Of a stretch of DNA of 64,000 nt, positions 63,275 to 64,000 are shown piece by piece. The DNA lies in the NCBI GenBank assembly GCA_042408215.1, contig JAYFMW010000006.1:192001-256000 (forward strand), written 5' to 3'. A program made the translations under genes and the position numbers. Below the pieces are notes generated by a model. It saw nothing but the letters and a program-made list of their open reading frames with translations, had not been told where the DNA came from and did not search any database. This stretch comes from Microcoleus sp. Lineage in GTDB: Bacteria > Cyanobacteriota > Cyanobacteriia > Cyanobacteriales > Microcoleaceae. Positions within the stretch are counted from its first letter, which is position 1, and each line of letters begins with the position of its first letter.

Positions 63275-64000
63275 TGCTTTTTCCTCTAAACTTCAGCTCA
63301 GTTCGGTCTAAGGACAGGACAATTTATTGATGTAGTTTTGTTGCCAAAACGATCTCGAAATATTAAGAAGTCTTGACTTCCGAGTCGTGAGTTGTTAGCT
63401 GTATCCTGTCCGCCAATCATTAAAAATGATTAACTCACCTTGACAGCTAGCTTTTCCTCGTGCTAAGCATCTTCTAGATAATCACTAAAAGTTTGATCCC
63501 CGGCTAGTAAAAGTGAATTAGAGTGTAATTTTCGCGCTGATTATGCCATAGGCTGCATTAATCTATTTTTTTGTTGCCTCTATTTATAGACTATCACTTT
63601 TTTAGCAAAATACAAGATAGGTGCGAAATTTTCCCTTGGTTTCCAAAAGTAAAAACATGGCAGTGGCTAGGGTGTGTTTTCTTGCCCCGGAGATCCCCCC
63701 TAGCTTTCCCCCTAGCTTTCCCCCCTAGCTGTCCCCCTACTCACACCCTACTCCCTTCTGAAGGGGGGAGAATGAGCGTCTTTCGTCAACCCCTACTCAC
63801 ACCCTACTCCCTTGAGAAGGGCGATTTAGGGGGTTCTGAATCTGATGGGAAAGATCGATTAAACTATTCCCTATTGTATATTTCAGCATTGAATTGTTTA
63901 TATGCTATAATGCTCAGTACGACTGCTTTACGATAAAAATCTGGGTATTTATGATATCAGTTTTGAACCCAACCGCAGAGCGAAACGGCTTTAAGGTTCT

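Noticed and set aside
63571..63936. 121-aa ORF at the window end
   Set aside because: Runs through dispersed CCCCCTAG/CCCTACTCCC repeats and has a non-ATG start; probably non-coding.

Overview
64-kb chromosomal window of a filamentous cyanobacterium. Very dense HIP1 (GCGATCGC) sites and heptamer STRR arrays suggest Oscillatoriales, Microcoleus-like (inference). The backbone is housekeeping: sbcD, fmt, rpsB-tsf, recG, murF, rbp, clpS, ppsA, a CPA2 antiporter and DUF3038-DUF4335. Three things stand out. (1) Five IS200/IS605-family (OMEGA) elements, with no tnpA in the window: an intact iscB with its omegaRNA that splits a host gene in frame (41002-42691), an intact tnpB (47166-48504), two protein-less omegaRNA/HEARO mini-elements that bracket DUF3038 (17966-18399, 19113-19487), and a protein-less TnpB-type guide-RNA mini-element upstream of rbp (43996-44175). 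All three IscB-type elements sit at an ATGA motif, and most ends follow the IS608-type guide/cleavage tetranucleotide code. (2) Three type II toxin-antitoxin pairs form a cassette-like array punctuated by a HIP1-anchored repeat and bounded by an exact 18-bp direct repeat (28763-31107). (3) Accessory genes: a minimal ATP-dependent DNA ligase, a PEP-CTERM protein interrupted by one in-frame TGA next to an O-antigen-ligase-like gene, two giant RTX/DUF11 surface proteins, a frameshifted NB-ARC/NACHT-like gene and a stand-alone sacsin-like ATPase. Several TIR/TSD-bounded MITE families are also present. All family assignments are by motif recognition; no database searches were run.
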